Below are positions 19,718-29,828 of a DNA stretch of 64,000 nt, in pieces. A program made the position numbers and the translations under genes. Each line of letters begins with the position of its first letter. Within the stretch, counting starts at the first letter, position 1. The stretch is from contig CAVTQK010000017.1 in the NCBI GenBank assembly GCA_963736855.1, positions 32,885 to 96,884 of the forward strand. The letters are read 5' to 3'. Source of the DNA: an uncultured delta proteobacterium. GTDB taxonomy: Bacteria > Desulfobacterota > Desulfobacteria > Desulfobacterales > UBA2156. Under the pieces are notes generated by a model. It saw only the letters and a program-made list of their open reading frames with translations. It had not been told where the DNA came from and ran no database searches.

Positions 19718-20272
19718 ATGATGGAATGGTTAGCTAAGAACTGGTTGCCCATTCTGGCATTGCTCGTCGCCTTTGTGGGAGGGTGGCCTGGTATTTTGAA
19801 GATTGCCGAACATTTCCGACCTATCTCCCTGACCGGCTCCATTAAATTTTTTGCTCTTACTACGAGCGCCGACCCCCCCGAAGAAGGTATCCTTCTGGCA
19901 CTTACGCTTCTCAACGAAGGCAATAAGAACCTTGTATGGAGAAAAATTGAGGGAACATTAGAGGCTGGAGGGAAAAAGGTTGCTCTCATCCCAAAGATGA
20001 TTCCCAAAAGTCTATTACTAAACGGAGACATATCACCCCAACCAGATTTTTTGAATCAGCAGACAATTCCGCCAGGAACTCCGGTTAATGCCTACCTTCT
20101 CCTGACTGGTAACCTTGGTTCTTTTAGTGCTCTCAATCCGATTGCGAGTGGCAACTTGGGTCTTCGATTCCAAACAGAATCAGGGAGGGACGCAGATGTA
20201 AAACTCTCGATTCAGACGCATGCTCTCCAAAAAGGTGAGACCTACCCATCACACGGAATCGAATTCAAATAG
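19718..20272 (+). CDS. hypothetical integron-cassette protein with N-terminal TM helix
   Basis: 184-aa ORF between attC2 and attC3 with RBS AGGGAG; no recognisable family. Confidence 0.7.
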   Translation: MMEWLAKNWLPILALLVAFVGGWPGILKIAEHFRPISLTGSIKFFALTTSADPPEEGILLALTLLNEGNKNLVWRKIEGTLEAGGKKVALIPKMIPKSLLLNGDISPQPDFLNQQTIPPGTPVNAYLLLTGNLGSFSALNPIASGNLGLRFQTESGRDADVKLSIQTHALQKGETYPSHGIEFK

Positions 20273-20305
20273 GTAGACAAATGCAAATCATATGGGTCGG
20301 CTTCC

Positions 20306-20382
20306 ACATAACCATCGCATCAACTCGGACTGGCAATCACGGCTACGCTTCATTGCCTGCCGGTTATGCGTAATCGATGGCA
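20306..20382 (+). other. attC-like site 3 (degenerate R')
   Basis: R'' ACATAAC complements the cassette-start GTTATGT. Arms CGCATCAACTCGGACTGGCAAT / ATTGCCTGCCGGTTATGCG. R' reads GAT instead of GTT. Confidence 0.65.
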
Positions 20383-20407
20383 AACGAAAATCACTCAGGG
20401 ATAACGC

Positions 20408-21962
20408 ATGAATCATAACGGAAACAACATTGAATCCCGCCTGTGGGCGGCGGCGGATGAGCTGCGGGCCAATTCCAAGCTGAAGTCGTCGGAATACTCG
20501 GTCCCGGTGCTGGGGCTGGTGTTTCTGCGTTATGCCGACCACAAGTTCCAGGCCGCGGCAAAGGAACTGGTGGGCGCAGGCGGCGGCCGGCGCAAAATCG
20601 GCCCGGCGGATTATCAGGCCAAAGGCGTGCTCTACCTGCCCGACAGCGGCCCGTTTTTCGGCACTGATCCAGATGCCCGAGGGGGCCAACATCGGCGCGG
20701 CCATCAATGACGCCATGCGGGCCATCGAGGCGGACAACCCCGATCTCAAGGACGTGCTGCCCAAGACCTACAACCGTTTTGAGAACGCCCTGCTCAAGGA
20801 ATTGCTCAAGACCATGAATTCCGTGCCCATGGACATCGAGGGGGACGCCTTCGGCAAGATTTATGAATATTTCCTGGGCAACTTCGCACGCGCCGAAGGC
20901 CAGAAGGGCGGCGAGTTTTTCACACCCACCGCCATCGTTCAGCTCATCGTCGGCATCATCGAACCGTTTCATGGCCGCATCTTCGACCCGGCCTGCGGCT
21001 CCGGCGGCATGTTTGTGCAGAGCGCCCGGTTTGTGACCGAACACCAGAAGAACCCCGGCGCCGAGTTGAGCGTTTACGGTCAGGAGAAGGTGGCTGAAAC
21101 CGTGCGCCTCGGCAAGATGAACCTGGCCGTGCATGGCCTTGCAGGCGACATCCGCCAGGGCAACGCCTACTACGAAGACCTGCACCGCTCCGTGGGCAAG
21201 TTTGATTTTGTCATGGCCAATCCGCCCTTTAACGTGGACCGGGTGGACAAGGACCGACTCAAGGAAGACCCGCGCTTCCCCTTTGGCCTGCCCCGCACGG
21301 ACAACGCCAACTACCTCTGGATTCAGATTTTTTACAGCGCCCTTTCCGACACCGGCCGATCCGGGTTTGTCATGGCCAATTCTGCTTCCGACGCGCGCGG
21401 TTCGGAACTGGACATCCGCCGGCAGCTTATCGAAGCCCGGGCCGTGGATGTGATGGTGGCGGTCGGGTCCAACTTTTTCTACACGGTAACACTGCCCTGC
21501 ACCCTGTGGTTTTTCGACCGGGGCAAGCGCAAGACCAAACGCGCCGACCAGGTGCTTTTCATTGACGCCCGTCATCTTTACCGCCAGATCGACCGCGCCC
21601 ACCGGGACTGGACCCCGGCCCAGATCGAGTTTCTGGCCAACATCGCCCGGCTCTACCGGGGCGAGGCGCCGGAGAACCTGCACGAGAGCGCCGACCTGCT
21701 GGCCGAACATTTCGGCAAAAAGCCCAAGTACGCCGACGTGGCCGGCCTGTGCAAGGTGGCGACCATCTCCGAGATCGAAGCCCAGGGCTGGAGCCTCAAC
21801 CCCGGCCGCTATGTGGGCGTGGCCGCCCGCGAAGAGGAGGACTTTGACTTCAAGGAACGGCTGGAGGAGCAGAACGAGGAACTGGAAACCCTCAATGCCG
21901 AGGCCCGGGAACTGGAAGCGCGGATTGCCGAGAATGTGGTCAAGTTGTTGGAGGGGGAGTGA
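20408..21962 (+). CDS. hsdM: type I R-M methyltransferase (frameshift near 20640)
   Basis: [28 protein letters not shown] and ANPPFN motifs. Confidence 0.92.
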
Positions 21963-22640
21963 TGACAAACGAAAAGCGTAATCTGAAGAAAACAAAACCT
22001 GTACCATGCGTGGCTGTCGCCTCCGCTGCTGGATGACCTGCGCCGGATGATCGAGGAAACCCGGCAAGGTGTTGCCGTTATGGTCAACGCCGGATTGACC
22101 ATACTTTACTGGCGCGTCGGCAAACGAATCAACGAGGAAATTCTCAAAGGCGAGCGGGCTGACTATGGCAAAGAGATTCTTGCGACAGTGTCGCAAGAAT
22201 TGGTAAACGATTATGGAAAGGGCTTCAGCTACTCAGCTTTAACCAGAATGCTCAAATTCAGTGAGGTTTTTCCGGACCCTCAAATTGTTGCGACACTGTC
22301 GCAAACATTGAGCTGGTCGCATTTCTGTGAACTTTTTCCGCTGGAAAAGCCGCTCCAGCGTGATTTCTATGCCGAAATGTGCCGTATCGAACGGTGGAGC
22401 GTCCGCACCCTGCGGCAGAAGATCGGCTCCATGCTCTACGAGCGCACCGCTCTGTCGAAAAAGCCGGAAGAATTGGCGCGAATCGAACTGTTGGAATTGG
22501 GCAAATCCGGCATCCATGTAGCCGAATACCTCACCGCCCTGCCGCCCCGCGAGCTGCTTGCCGAAAAGCTGCGACGGTCGATAGAGTTGGCGCGGGCAAG
22601 CTTGGAAGGCCGGGAGAAGAACGATAATGAGAAGATTGGC
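21962..22640 (+). pseudogene. DUF1016/YhcG-family gene with large internal deletion
   Basis: N-terminal LSWSHF and WSVRTLRQKIGSMLYERTALS joined directly to the C-terminal LELGKSGIHVAEYLT; the nuclease core is missing. Confidence 0.75.
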
Positions 22641-22726
22641 AAACGCCTGGGAGCTCCGCACTGGGTTGCGGCGGCTTCAGGAAAAGCGGATTCGCGGAGA
22701 ATGTGGTGAAGTTGTTGGAGGGGGAA

Positions 22727-23994
22727 TGATATCGAATCGCGGAAATTAGAAACATGCTATTCGGGGAAGACAGCAATTACTTTTGGAATCAGAGCAATTC
22801 GGCAGCACTATAGTCAGAGAATACCGATAATGGCCCAGTGCACGAGATTGTTCATACGGCTCGACGGTAGATCAAATCGGTTGTCGTGCAATGCTGAATC
22901 TCAATTGCCCGAGTGCCCGTGTATTGTAATTGGCCGCAACGGTACAGTCTATAGGCAAGTCTTTGTTCAGGGCAGACGGCAGACGACTAATTGGTCACAC
23001 AGATACGACTACAGTGTTGTTGGTGGAAAAGTACCTCCAGGCGATTTATCCCGTGTTTTCGTACCTATTATTTGCTCTTCAAACTATGGAGCTTGTGAAC
23101 CAATTTCTCATGGCGCGGGCCACAAACTCCCACATTGAAATCAAGACATCATATAAACTATCTACGATTCGATCCCTCCCCCCTCCCCACCCAGCGCAAA
23201 ATCGCCGCCATTCTCTCGGCCTACGACGACCTGATCGAGAACAACCTGCGGCGGATCAGGATTCTGGAGGAGATGGCGCAGAACCTCTACCGCGAGTGGT
23301 TTGTCAAGTTCCGCTTCCCCGGCCACCAAAACGCCCGCTTTGTCGATTCGCCCCTGGGCCGGATTCCGGAGGGGTGGGAGGTGGACACTGTTGCGAAAGC
23401 ATTTGATATTTTGGGCGGTGGAACACCACTCAAAAGCCATTCCCGAATATTGGGATGAAGGAACTATCAACTGGTATTCGCCAACCGATCTCACCGCAAC
23501 GGGCATCTATGTTCATGGAACGTTCCAGCAATCAAATCAGTGAACTGGGTCTGAAAAAGAGTTCGGCACGCTTATTCCCACCGTTTTCCGTGATGATGAC
23601 CAGCCGGGCTACGCTCGGCGTGATTTCAATCAATACTACCGAGGCATGTACCAATCAGGGCTTTATAACCTGTATTCCGAACGAGCGTTTTCCGCTTTAT
23701 ACGCTCTACTACTGGCTCAAGGAGAATATAGAGTATTTTATAAGCCTTGGTACAGGTGCTACTTTCAAGGAGATCACCAAAGGCATATTCAAAACCATCG
23801 AACTTGTCGTTCCTGCACAGGGTATAGTTACTCTGTTTGAGGATACCATGAAGCAATTTGCCCTTCAGGTATTGAACCTGCAAAGAAAAAACACCACCCT
23901 CCGCCGCACCCGCGACCTTCTACTTCCCAGACTCATCTCCGGCGAGAAGGATGTGTCGGAACTGGACATCGCCGTTGCCGAGGAGGCAGCATGA
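22727..23994 (+). CDS. hsdS: type I R-M specificity subunit; TRD1 heavily frame-disrupted
   Basis: Conserved spacer [23 protein letters not shown]...LYREWFV, TRD2 GGGTP...NQGF...GATFKEI, and C-terminal [12 protein letters not shown]. Confidence 0.75.
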
Positions 23995-24958
23995 AAGCCA
24001 CTGATCTCGATATCCTGCTCCAGGAGGGCGAGGGCGTCATGCTGGAATATAAGGAAGGCCTTTCCGCTTCCTTTGCCCGCGAACCCCGGCGCTTCTTCAA
24101 TCAGGCCTATGTCACCTGCCTGCTCTTCAAGGGAACCAGCAAGGTGCATGTGCTGGATCGAAAGGACTTTGCCGGAGGCATTGTCGCCGATATCGAGGAC
24201 AGCCTGCGTTTCATCGAACGTAACACCCGCACCGCCTATCGAATCGAGAAACTTCAGCGCGAGGATATTCCGGAATATCCCATGTCGGCGCTGCGCGAGG
24301 CCATCACCAATGCCGTTATGCACCGCGACTGGTTCATCGAGGGCGCCAACGTGTTCGTTGAAATTTTCTCGGACCGCATCGAGGTTTCCAGTCCCGGCGG
24401 CCTGCCGAAGGGGATGCTGCTGAAAGACCTGGGCCATAAGAGCATCCGTCGCAACGCCCTGATCGCCGACCTGCTGCACCGCATCGCCTTTATCGAAAAG
24501 GCCGGCACGGGCATTCTGCGCATGCGCGACGGCGCCAGGGCGGAGGGGTATCCGGAACCCGAGTTTTCCGAGACCGGTTTTTTCAGCGTGGTGTTCCGGC
24601 CGATTCCCGCGGTAAGCGAACAGGATACCCAGCAAGTCGGGACCAAGTCGGGACCAAGTCGGGACCATGATGGGCCCATGATGAGGCCCATGATGAGGCC
24701 CATGATCCGCTGGGTGCTGTCAAATATCGAATTTTGACAAAATGTGCCGATGAACCACAAAGCACGCCCGATCTGTTGCACACACTGGGTTACAAAACAC
24801 GCACCGGCGGTTTTAAAGTGGCGATAACCGATCTTTTAATTTCAGGCTTTCTGGAAATGACTATTCCGGATAAGCCAAGAAGCAAAAAACAACGCTACCG
24901 CACCACCGCGGCCGGGCGCCGTGTTCTCGAAAACGTCGATAAGGATTCAGCATCATGA
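23991..24958 (+). pseudogene. AlbA_2/Schlafen plus RecG-C-like accessory gene, internally deleted and frameshifted in tandem repeats
   Basis: EGEGVMLEYKE start, ALREAITNAVMHRD, SPGGLP, RNALIADL. The C-terminal PDKPRSKKQRY module is in another frame (24734-24958). Confidence 0.7.
24633..24706 (+). repeat. intragenic tandem repeats
   Basis: (CAAGTCGGGAC)x3, then CATGATGGGCC, (CATGATGAGGCC)x2 and CATGAT. Confidence 0.9.
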
Positions 24959-27900
24959 CCCCTTCCGGATACACCGAAGACGCCCTGGTCGAACAACCGG
25001 CCATCGCCCTGCTGGCGGAGCTGGGCTGGGAGACTTTTAATGCCTATCATGAGTTCGATCACGGCCCGAGTTCTCTTGGGCGGGAAACCAAGGATGAAGT
25101 CATCCTCGTTGCCCGGTTGCGTCCGGTCTTGCGTCGTCTCAATCCGGATGCGCCGCCTGAAGCCATTGAACAAGCCATCGAGGAGCTGACCCGCGACCGC
25201 TCGCGCATGAGCCTGGCTGCTGCCAATCGCGAAACCTACCATCTGCTCAAAAACGGCATTCGCGTCCATGTGCCTGATGCCGAAGGCATCGGTGAAACAA
25301 TCGAGGTGGTTCGGGTGATGGATTGGGACAATCCGGCCAACAATGACTTTCTGCTCTGCTCTCAGTTCTGGGTCTCGGGCGAGATGCACACCCGCCGTGC
25401 CGATCTGGTGGGCTTTGTCAACGGCCTGCCGCTGCTGTTTGTGGAACTCAAGGCCGCCCATCGCCGCCTGGAGACAGCCTTCACCGGCAACCTGCGCGAC
25501 TACAAGGACACCATCCCCCAATTGTTCTGGCCCAACGCGCTGATCATTCTTTCCAACGGCAGCCGGAGCCGGGTGGGCAGCGTCACCGCCGGCTGGGAAC
25601 ACCTGGCCGAATGGAAAAAGGTGGACAAAGAGGATGAGCCGGGCCGGGTGTCGCTCTCGACGATGCTGCGCGGCGTCTGCGAACCGGCGCATTTTATGGA
25701 CCTGGTGGAGAACTTCACCCTGTTTCAGGAAGCCCCTGGTGGATTGATCAAGCTGACGGCCAAGAACCACCAGTATCACGGCGTAAACAACGCAATCAAG
25801 GCGTTGTCCGACATCCGGAAGCGGGAGGGCAAGCTGGGCGTATTCTGGCACACCCAGGGCAGCGGCAAGAGCGTCTCGATGATTTTCTTTGCCCAGAAGG
25901 TGTTGCGCAAGCTGCCGGGCAACTGGACCTTTGTGGTGGTGACCGATCGGCAGGAACTGGACGGGCAGATTTACAAGAACTTTGTCTCGGCGGGGGTGGT
26001 GACCGAAGGCCGCGCCCAGGCGGAGAGCAGCCGGCACCTGCGGCAGTTGCTCACCGAGGATCACCGCTATGTCTTTACCCTGATCCACAAATTCCGCTTG
26101 CCGGAGGAGGTCTCCACACGCAACGACATCATCGTCATCACCGACGAGGCGCACCGCAGCCAGTATGACACCCTGGCGCTGAACATGCGCACGGCACTGC
26201 CCAACGCGGCATTTCTGGCATTTACCGGCACCCCGCTGATTATCGGCGAGGAGAAGACCCGGCAGGTTTTCGGCGATTACATCAGCGTCTATGACTTTCA
26301 GCAGTCGGTGGATGACGGCGCCACCGTGCGCCTTTACTACGAGAACCGCATTCCTGAGCTGCAACTGGTCAACGAGAACCTCAACGAGGACATGGAACGA
26401 CTGCTGGAAGCGGCGGAACTGGACGAAACCCAGGAGAAGAAACTGGAACGGGAGTTTGCCCGGGAATACCACCTCATCACCCGCGACGAGCGGCTGGAGG
26501 CGATTGCAAAGGACCTGGTGGCGCATTTCACGGGGCGGGGCTTCCAGGGCAAGGCGATGATGATCTGCATCGACAAAGCCACGGCCATCCGCATGTATGA
26601 CAAGGTAAGGAAGCATTGGGGCGATAAGATTGCAGCGTTAGAGGCGGAAGGCATCCGTGCTGACGGCGATGCCCGCCGGGAGATTGAAGAGCGGCTTGCC
26701 CGGATGAAAGAAACCGACATGGCGGTCGTGGTTTCGCAGGGCCAGAACGAGATCGCCGAGATGGCCGACAAAGGTCTGGACATTCGGCCGCACCGCAAGC
26801 GCATGGTCGAGGAGGACCTGGACACCAAGTTCAAGAACCCGGACGATCCTTTCCGGCTGGTGTTTGTCTGCGCCATGTGGATGACCGGCTTTGACGTGCC
26901 GAGCTGTTCAACGCTTTACCTCGACAAACCCATGCGCAATCACACGCTGATGCAGACCATCGCCCGGGCCAATCGTGTCTATCCGGGCAAGGTGAGCGGC
27001 TTGATTGTGGACTATGCCGGGGTGTTCCGTAACCTGGAGCGGGCGCTGGCCATCTATGGCGTCGGCGGAAGCGGGGGTCAGAAACCGGTGGAGGACAAAG
27101 CCGCGCTGGTGGCGGCGCTGCGGCAGGCGTTGGCAGATACCCGGAGCTTGTGCCGGGAACACGGTGTGGATCTTGCTGCCATTCAGTCCGCCGAGGGGTT
27201 TTCCCGTATCGGCATGCTCGATGACGCCGTTGATTCGCTGGTGGGTTCCGACGAGCCCAAGCGTCGCTATCTCGATCTGGCCAACACGGTCCAGCGGTTT
27301 TACAAGGCGGTTCTGCCCGATCCTGCGGCCCGGACATTCGCCGCCGAGGTTACGCCTGTGCAGATCATTGCCGACAAAATCCGTGCCCTGACGCCGCCGA
27401 CGGACATCTCACAGGTCATGGGGCAGGTGGAAGACCTGCTCGACCGCTCCATCGCCACAGAAGGCTACATCATCCGCGAGGCAAGCGCGCCCTACGGTGA
27501 CGAGCATTGGATTGACCTAAGCAACATTGACTTCGAGAAACTGGCCGAGAAGTTCAAGGCGGGCCGCAAACGGACGACCAACGAAAAGCTCAAGGGAACC
27601 GTGGCGCAGAAGCTCATGGTTATGGTGCGGCTCAACCGCACCCGCATGGATTATCTGGAAAAGTTTCAGGCGATGATCGACGCCTACAACGCGGGCAGCC
27701 TGAACGCCGAAGAGTTTTTCCAGCAACTGGTTGATTTCGCCCGGAGCCTGAACGCGGAAGAGCAGCGGGCAGTGGGCGAGCAGTTGAGTGAAGAAGAACT
27801 GGCGCTCTTTGATCTCTTGACAAAGCCGCAGATTGAAATGAGCGACGCGGACCGTAAAAAGGTCAAGGCTGTTGCCCGTGAGCTGCTGTCCACGCTTAAA

Positions 27901-28101
27901 GAGGGCAAGCTGGTGCTGGATTGGCGCAAGCGGCAGCAAGCCCGCGCCGAGGTGAGGGTGACCATTGAGAAACTGCTCGACAAGGGCCTGCCAAGAGCCT
28001 ATACGCCGGAACTGTTCCAGCAGAAAGCCACCGCCGTGTTCCAGCATGTCTATGACGCCTATTATGGCGCCGGGCGAAGCATCTATGCGGCTGTGGCATA
28101 A
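24955..28101 (+). CDS. hsdR: type I R-M restriction subunit
   Basis: RADLVGFVNGLPLLFVELK, WHTQGSGKS, DEAH, FTGTP, MWMTGFD and QTIARANR. Confidence 0.95.
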   Translation: MTPSGYTEDALVEQPAIALLAELGWETFNAYHEFDHGPSSLGRETKDEVILVARLRPVLRRLNPDAPPEAIEQAIEELTRDRSRMSLAAANRETYHLLKNGIRVHVPDAEGIGETIEVVRVMDWDNPANNDFLLCSQFWVSGEMHTRRADLVGFVNGLPLLFVELKAAHRRLETAFTGNLRDYKDTIPQLFWPNALIILSNGSRSRVGSVTAGWEHLAEWKKVDKEDEPGRVSLSTMLRGVCEPAHFMDLVENFTLFQEAPGGLIKLTAKNHQYHGVNNAIKALSDIRKREGKLGVFWHTQGSGKSVSMIFFAQKVLRKLPGNWTFVVVTDRQELDGQIYKNFVSAGVVTEGRAQAESSRHLRQLLTEDHRYVFTLIHKFRLPEEVSTRNDIIVITDEAHRSQYDTLALNMRTALPNAAFLAFTGTPLIIGEEKTRQVFGDYISVYDFQQSVDDGATVRLYYENRIPELQLVNENLNEDMERLLEAAELDETQEKKLEREFAREYHLITRDERLEAIAKDLVAHFTGRGFQGKAMMICIDKATAIRMYDKVRKHWGDKIAALEAEGIRADGDARREIEERLARMKETDMAVVVSQGQNEIAEMADKGLDIRPHRKRMVEEDLDTKFKNPDDPFRLVFVCAMWMTGFDVPSCSTLYLDKPMRNHTLMQTIARANRVYPGKVSGLIVDYAGVFRNLERALAIYGVGGSGGQKPVEDKAALVAALRQALADTRSLCREHGVDLAAIQSAEGFSRIGMLDDAVDSLVGSDEPKRRYLDLANTVQRFYKAVLPDPAARTFAAEVTPVQIIADKIRALTPPTDISQVMGQVEDLLDRSIATEGYIIREASAPYGDEHWIDLSNIDFEKLAEKFKAGRKRTTNEKLKGTVAQKLMVMVRLNRTRMDYLEKFQAMIDAYNAGSLNAEEFFQQLVDFARSLNAEEQRAVGEQLSEEELALFDLLTKPQIEMSDADRKKVKAVARELLSTLKEGKLVLDWRKRQQARAEVRVTIEKLLDKGLPRAYTPELFQQKATAVFQHVYDAYYGAGRSIYAAVA

Positions 28102-28150
28102 AAAAGCCATCAAACAAGGTGCTGCACTGATCGACCCGGGGATTAACTTA

Positions 28151-29545
28151 TCAGCTTTTCTCCTGCGCCATAAGTTGTGATTCAATGACACGCATTCGTT
28201 TCCATTGTCCTTGGCGGTAACGCAGCATGAAAGCCATGCCGAGGGCACATACATAAACCGTGGCGATCGTCCATGCCGCATAAATCCCTGCTCCCACAAC
28301 CTCTACCGCAACATAAATCGGTATGATCATTACTCCGAGGCATAGCGCCGAAATCGTCCACATGATAAAGCGCGTGTCGCCGGCTCCTTTGATAGCGCTT
28401 GAGAAGATGAGGTTGAGCGCGTCGAAGAAGGAAAACGCGGCGACAAAACGCAGGAGAATGACCCCAAGGGCCATAATCTCGGCATAGTGGTTATGGGTGT
28501 GCTGATCGTTTCTGAACAGGCGGAGGAGCGGTTCGGGCGTAAGGACGAACACCCCGGCCAGAAACATCATGTAAATGAGCGTGATGTGAATGGCGCTGGT
28601 AGTGGCGTAAGCGCCCTCTTCCGGCCGACCGCGGCCGATAGCCTGCCCCATCAGAGTCGCATTCCCGATGTGAAAGCCCACCATGGGAAGAAAGGATAGG
28701 GACTCAATGGAAAGAACGATGTTGGAGGCCGCTAACTCCAGGTCCCCGAGCCGGCCCAGCATCTGAATAAAAAACGTGAATCCGAAAATCTCCAGGAAGA
28801 ACTGGATACCGCTGGGCATGCCGTACCGCATCATCCGGCCGAAGAGTTCTCTGTCCAGGGCCCTGGCGCTCCATGTGGCGAATCGGGTCCGGTTCCCCTT
28901 GCGGAAAATGAGAATCACAAGAACAACCGTGGTCGTGGCTGAAGCGATAACGGTAGCGAGGCCTGCCCCGAAAATGCCCAGTTCCGGAAACGGCCACACC
29001 CCGTTGATCAAACAGTAATCCAGTGGGATATTGACTGCCGCACCGATCACGTTGACGATCATAACGGTCCAGGTCAGACCCCGGCCTGTGTAAAAGCAGG
29101 CCATGACCGAATTCAGAACCACGATGCCCGCGCCCAGTGTGAGGATATTGAAGTAGGCCACCTCAAGAGACCGGATACGGGGCGAATGGCCGATCAGCTC
29201 AAATATCCTGTCGGACACAAAAACCATCAAGGCAAGGAGGACTGCGGCTGCCAGGGAGAAATAAATTCCCTGCCACAGGGAGGCGCCAACTCGGCTAAAA
29301 GCGCGGGCCCCTGTATACTGGGCGACGAAGACGTTCGTGTAATTGGCAACGCCCATGAAAAAGGAGATGAACGTGAAGGAGGCGATACCGGCCGGCAGTG
29401 CAGCGGCTATGGCATCCACAGAATAGTTTGCCAAAAACACCCTGTCCGTGAACTGCATGACCGTGAAGGATCCCATGGAAGCGACCAGCGGCAGGCTGAT
29501 CGCCAGCACCTCACGGTACCCATTGAGTTTTGACCATCGCTCCAT
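28151..29545 (-). CDS. MATE family efflux transporter
   Basis: About 12 TM segments; DRVFLANYS, GIFGAGLAT and KGAGDTRF. Likely start MERWSK. Confidence 0.9.
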   Translation of the reverse strand: MERWSKLNGYREVLAISLPLVASMGSFTVMQFTDRVFLANYSVDAIAAALPAGIASFTFISFFMGVANYTNVFVAQYTGARAFSRVGASLWQGIYFSLAAAVLLALMVFVSDRIFELIGHSPRIRSLEVAYFNILTLGAGIVVLNSVMACFYTGRGLTWTVMIVNVIGAAVNIPLDYCLINGVWPFPELGIFGAGLATVIASATTTVVLVILIFRKGNRTRFATWSARALDRELFGRMMRYGMPSGIQFFLEIFGFTFFIQMLGRLGDLELAASNIVLSIESLSFLPMVGFHIGNATLMGQAIGRGRPEEGAYATTSAIHITLIYMMFLAGVFVLTPEPLLRLFRNDQHTHNHYAEIMALGVILLRFVAAFSFFDALNLIFSSAIKGAGDTRFIMWTISALCLGVMIIPIYVAVEVVGAGIYAAWTIATVYVCALGMAFMLRYRQGQWKRMRVIESQLMAQEKS

Positions 29546-29828
29546 CACAGTTTGCCCCCTCAACGCTCCGCACGATGCCCGGCAACATACATTGTTTCCG
29601 CCAACAAAATACAGTTTTTTCTGTTGGGGAATCGATGTCATTGGCGGTTTTTTTAAGGATTCCTTCCTTCATTGTCAAACCATGGCATTGAATTTATTAC
29701 GGCTACCGTGTCACTCCACTATGCGTTATACGATAACCTGTAGGATGTGAAGGTTTGGACGAACTGCTGCAGCTAGGGGAAAGATGAAGTCAATCACTGA
29801 AAACGAGAGGGGTCGGACTTTGCCATCG

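Noticed and set aside
20391-22196. Long antisense ORFs (601 aa here; also 24895-26616, 12428-13543, 61614-62549, 50304-50954)
   Set aside because: Shadow frames opposite GC3-rich real genes, with no motifs of their own.
28105-28150. GCCATCAAACAAGGTGCTGCACTGATCG after hsdR resembles the left half of an attC, and GCCATC complements the GATGGC at attC3, hinting that the whole R-M locus is one giant cassette
   Set aside because: No right arm or GTT; the downstream sequence is MATE coding DNA. A 6-bp match is too weak.
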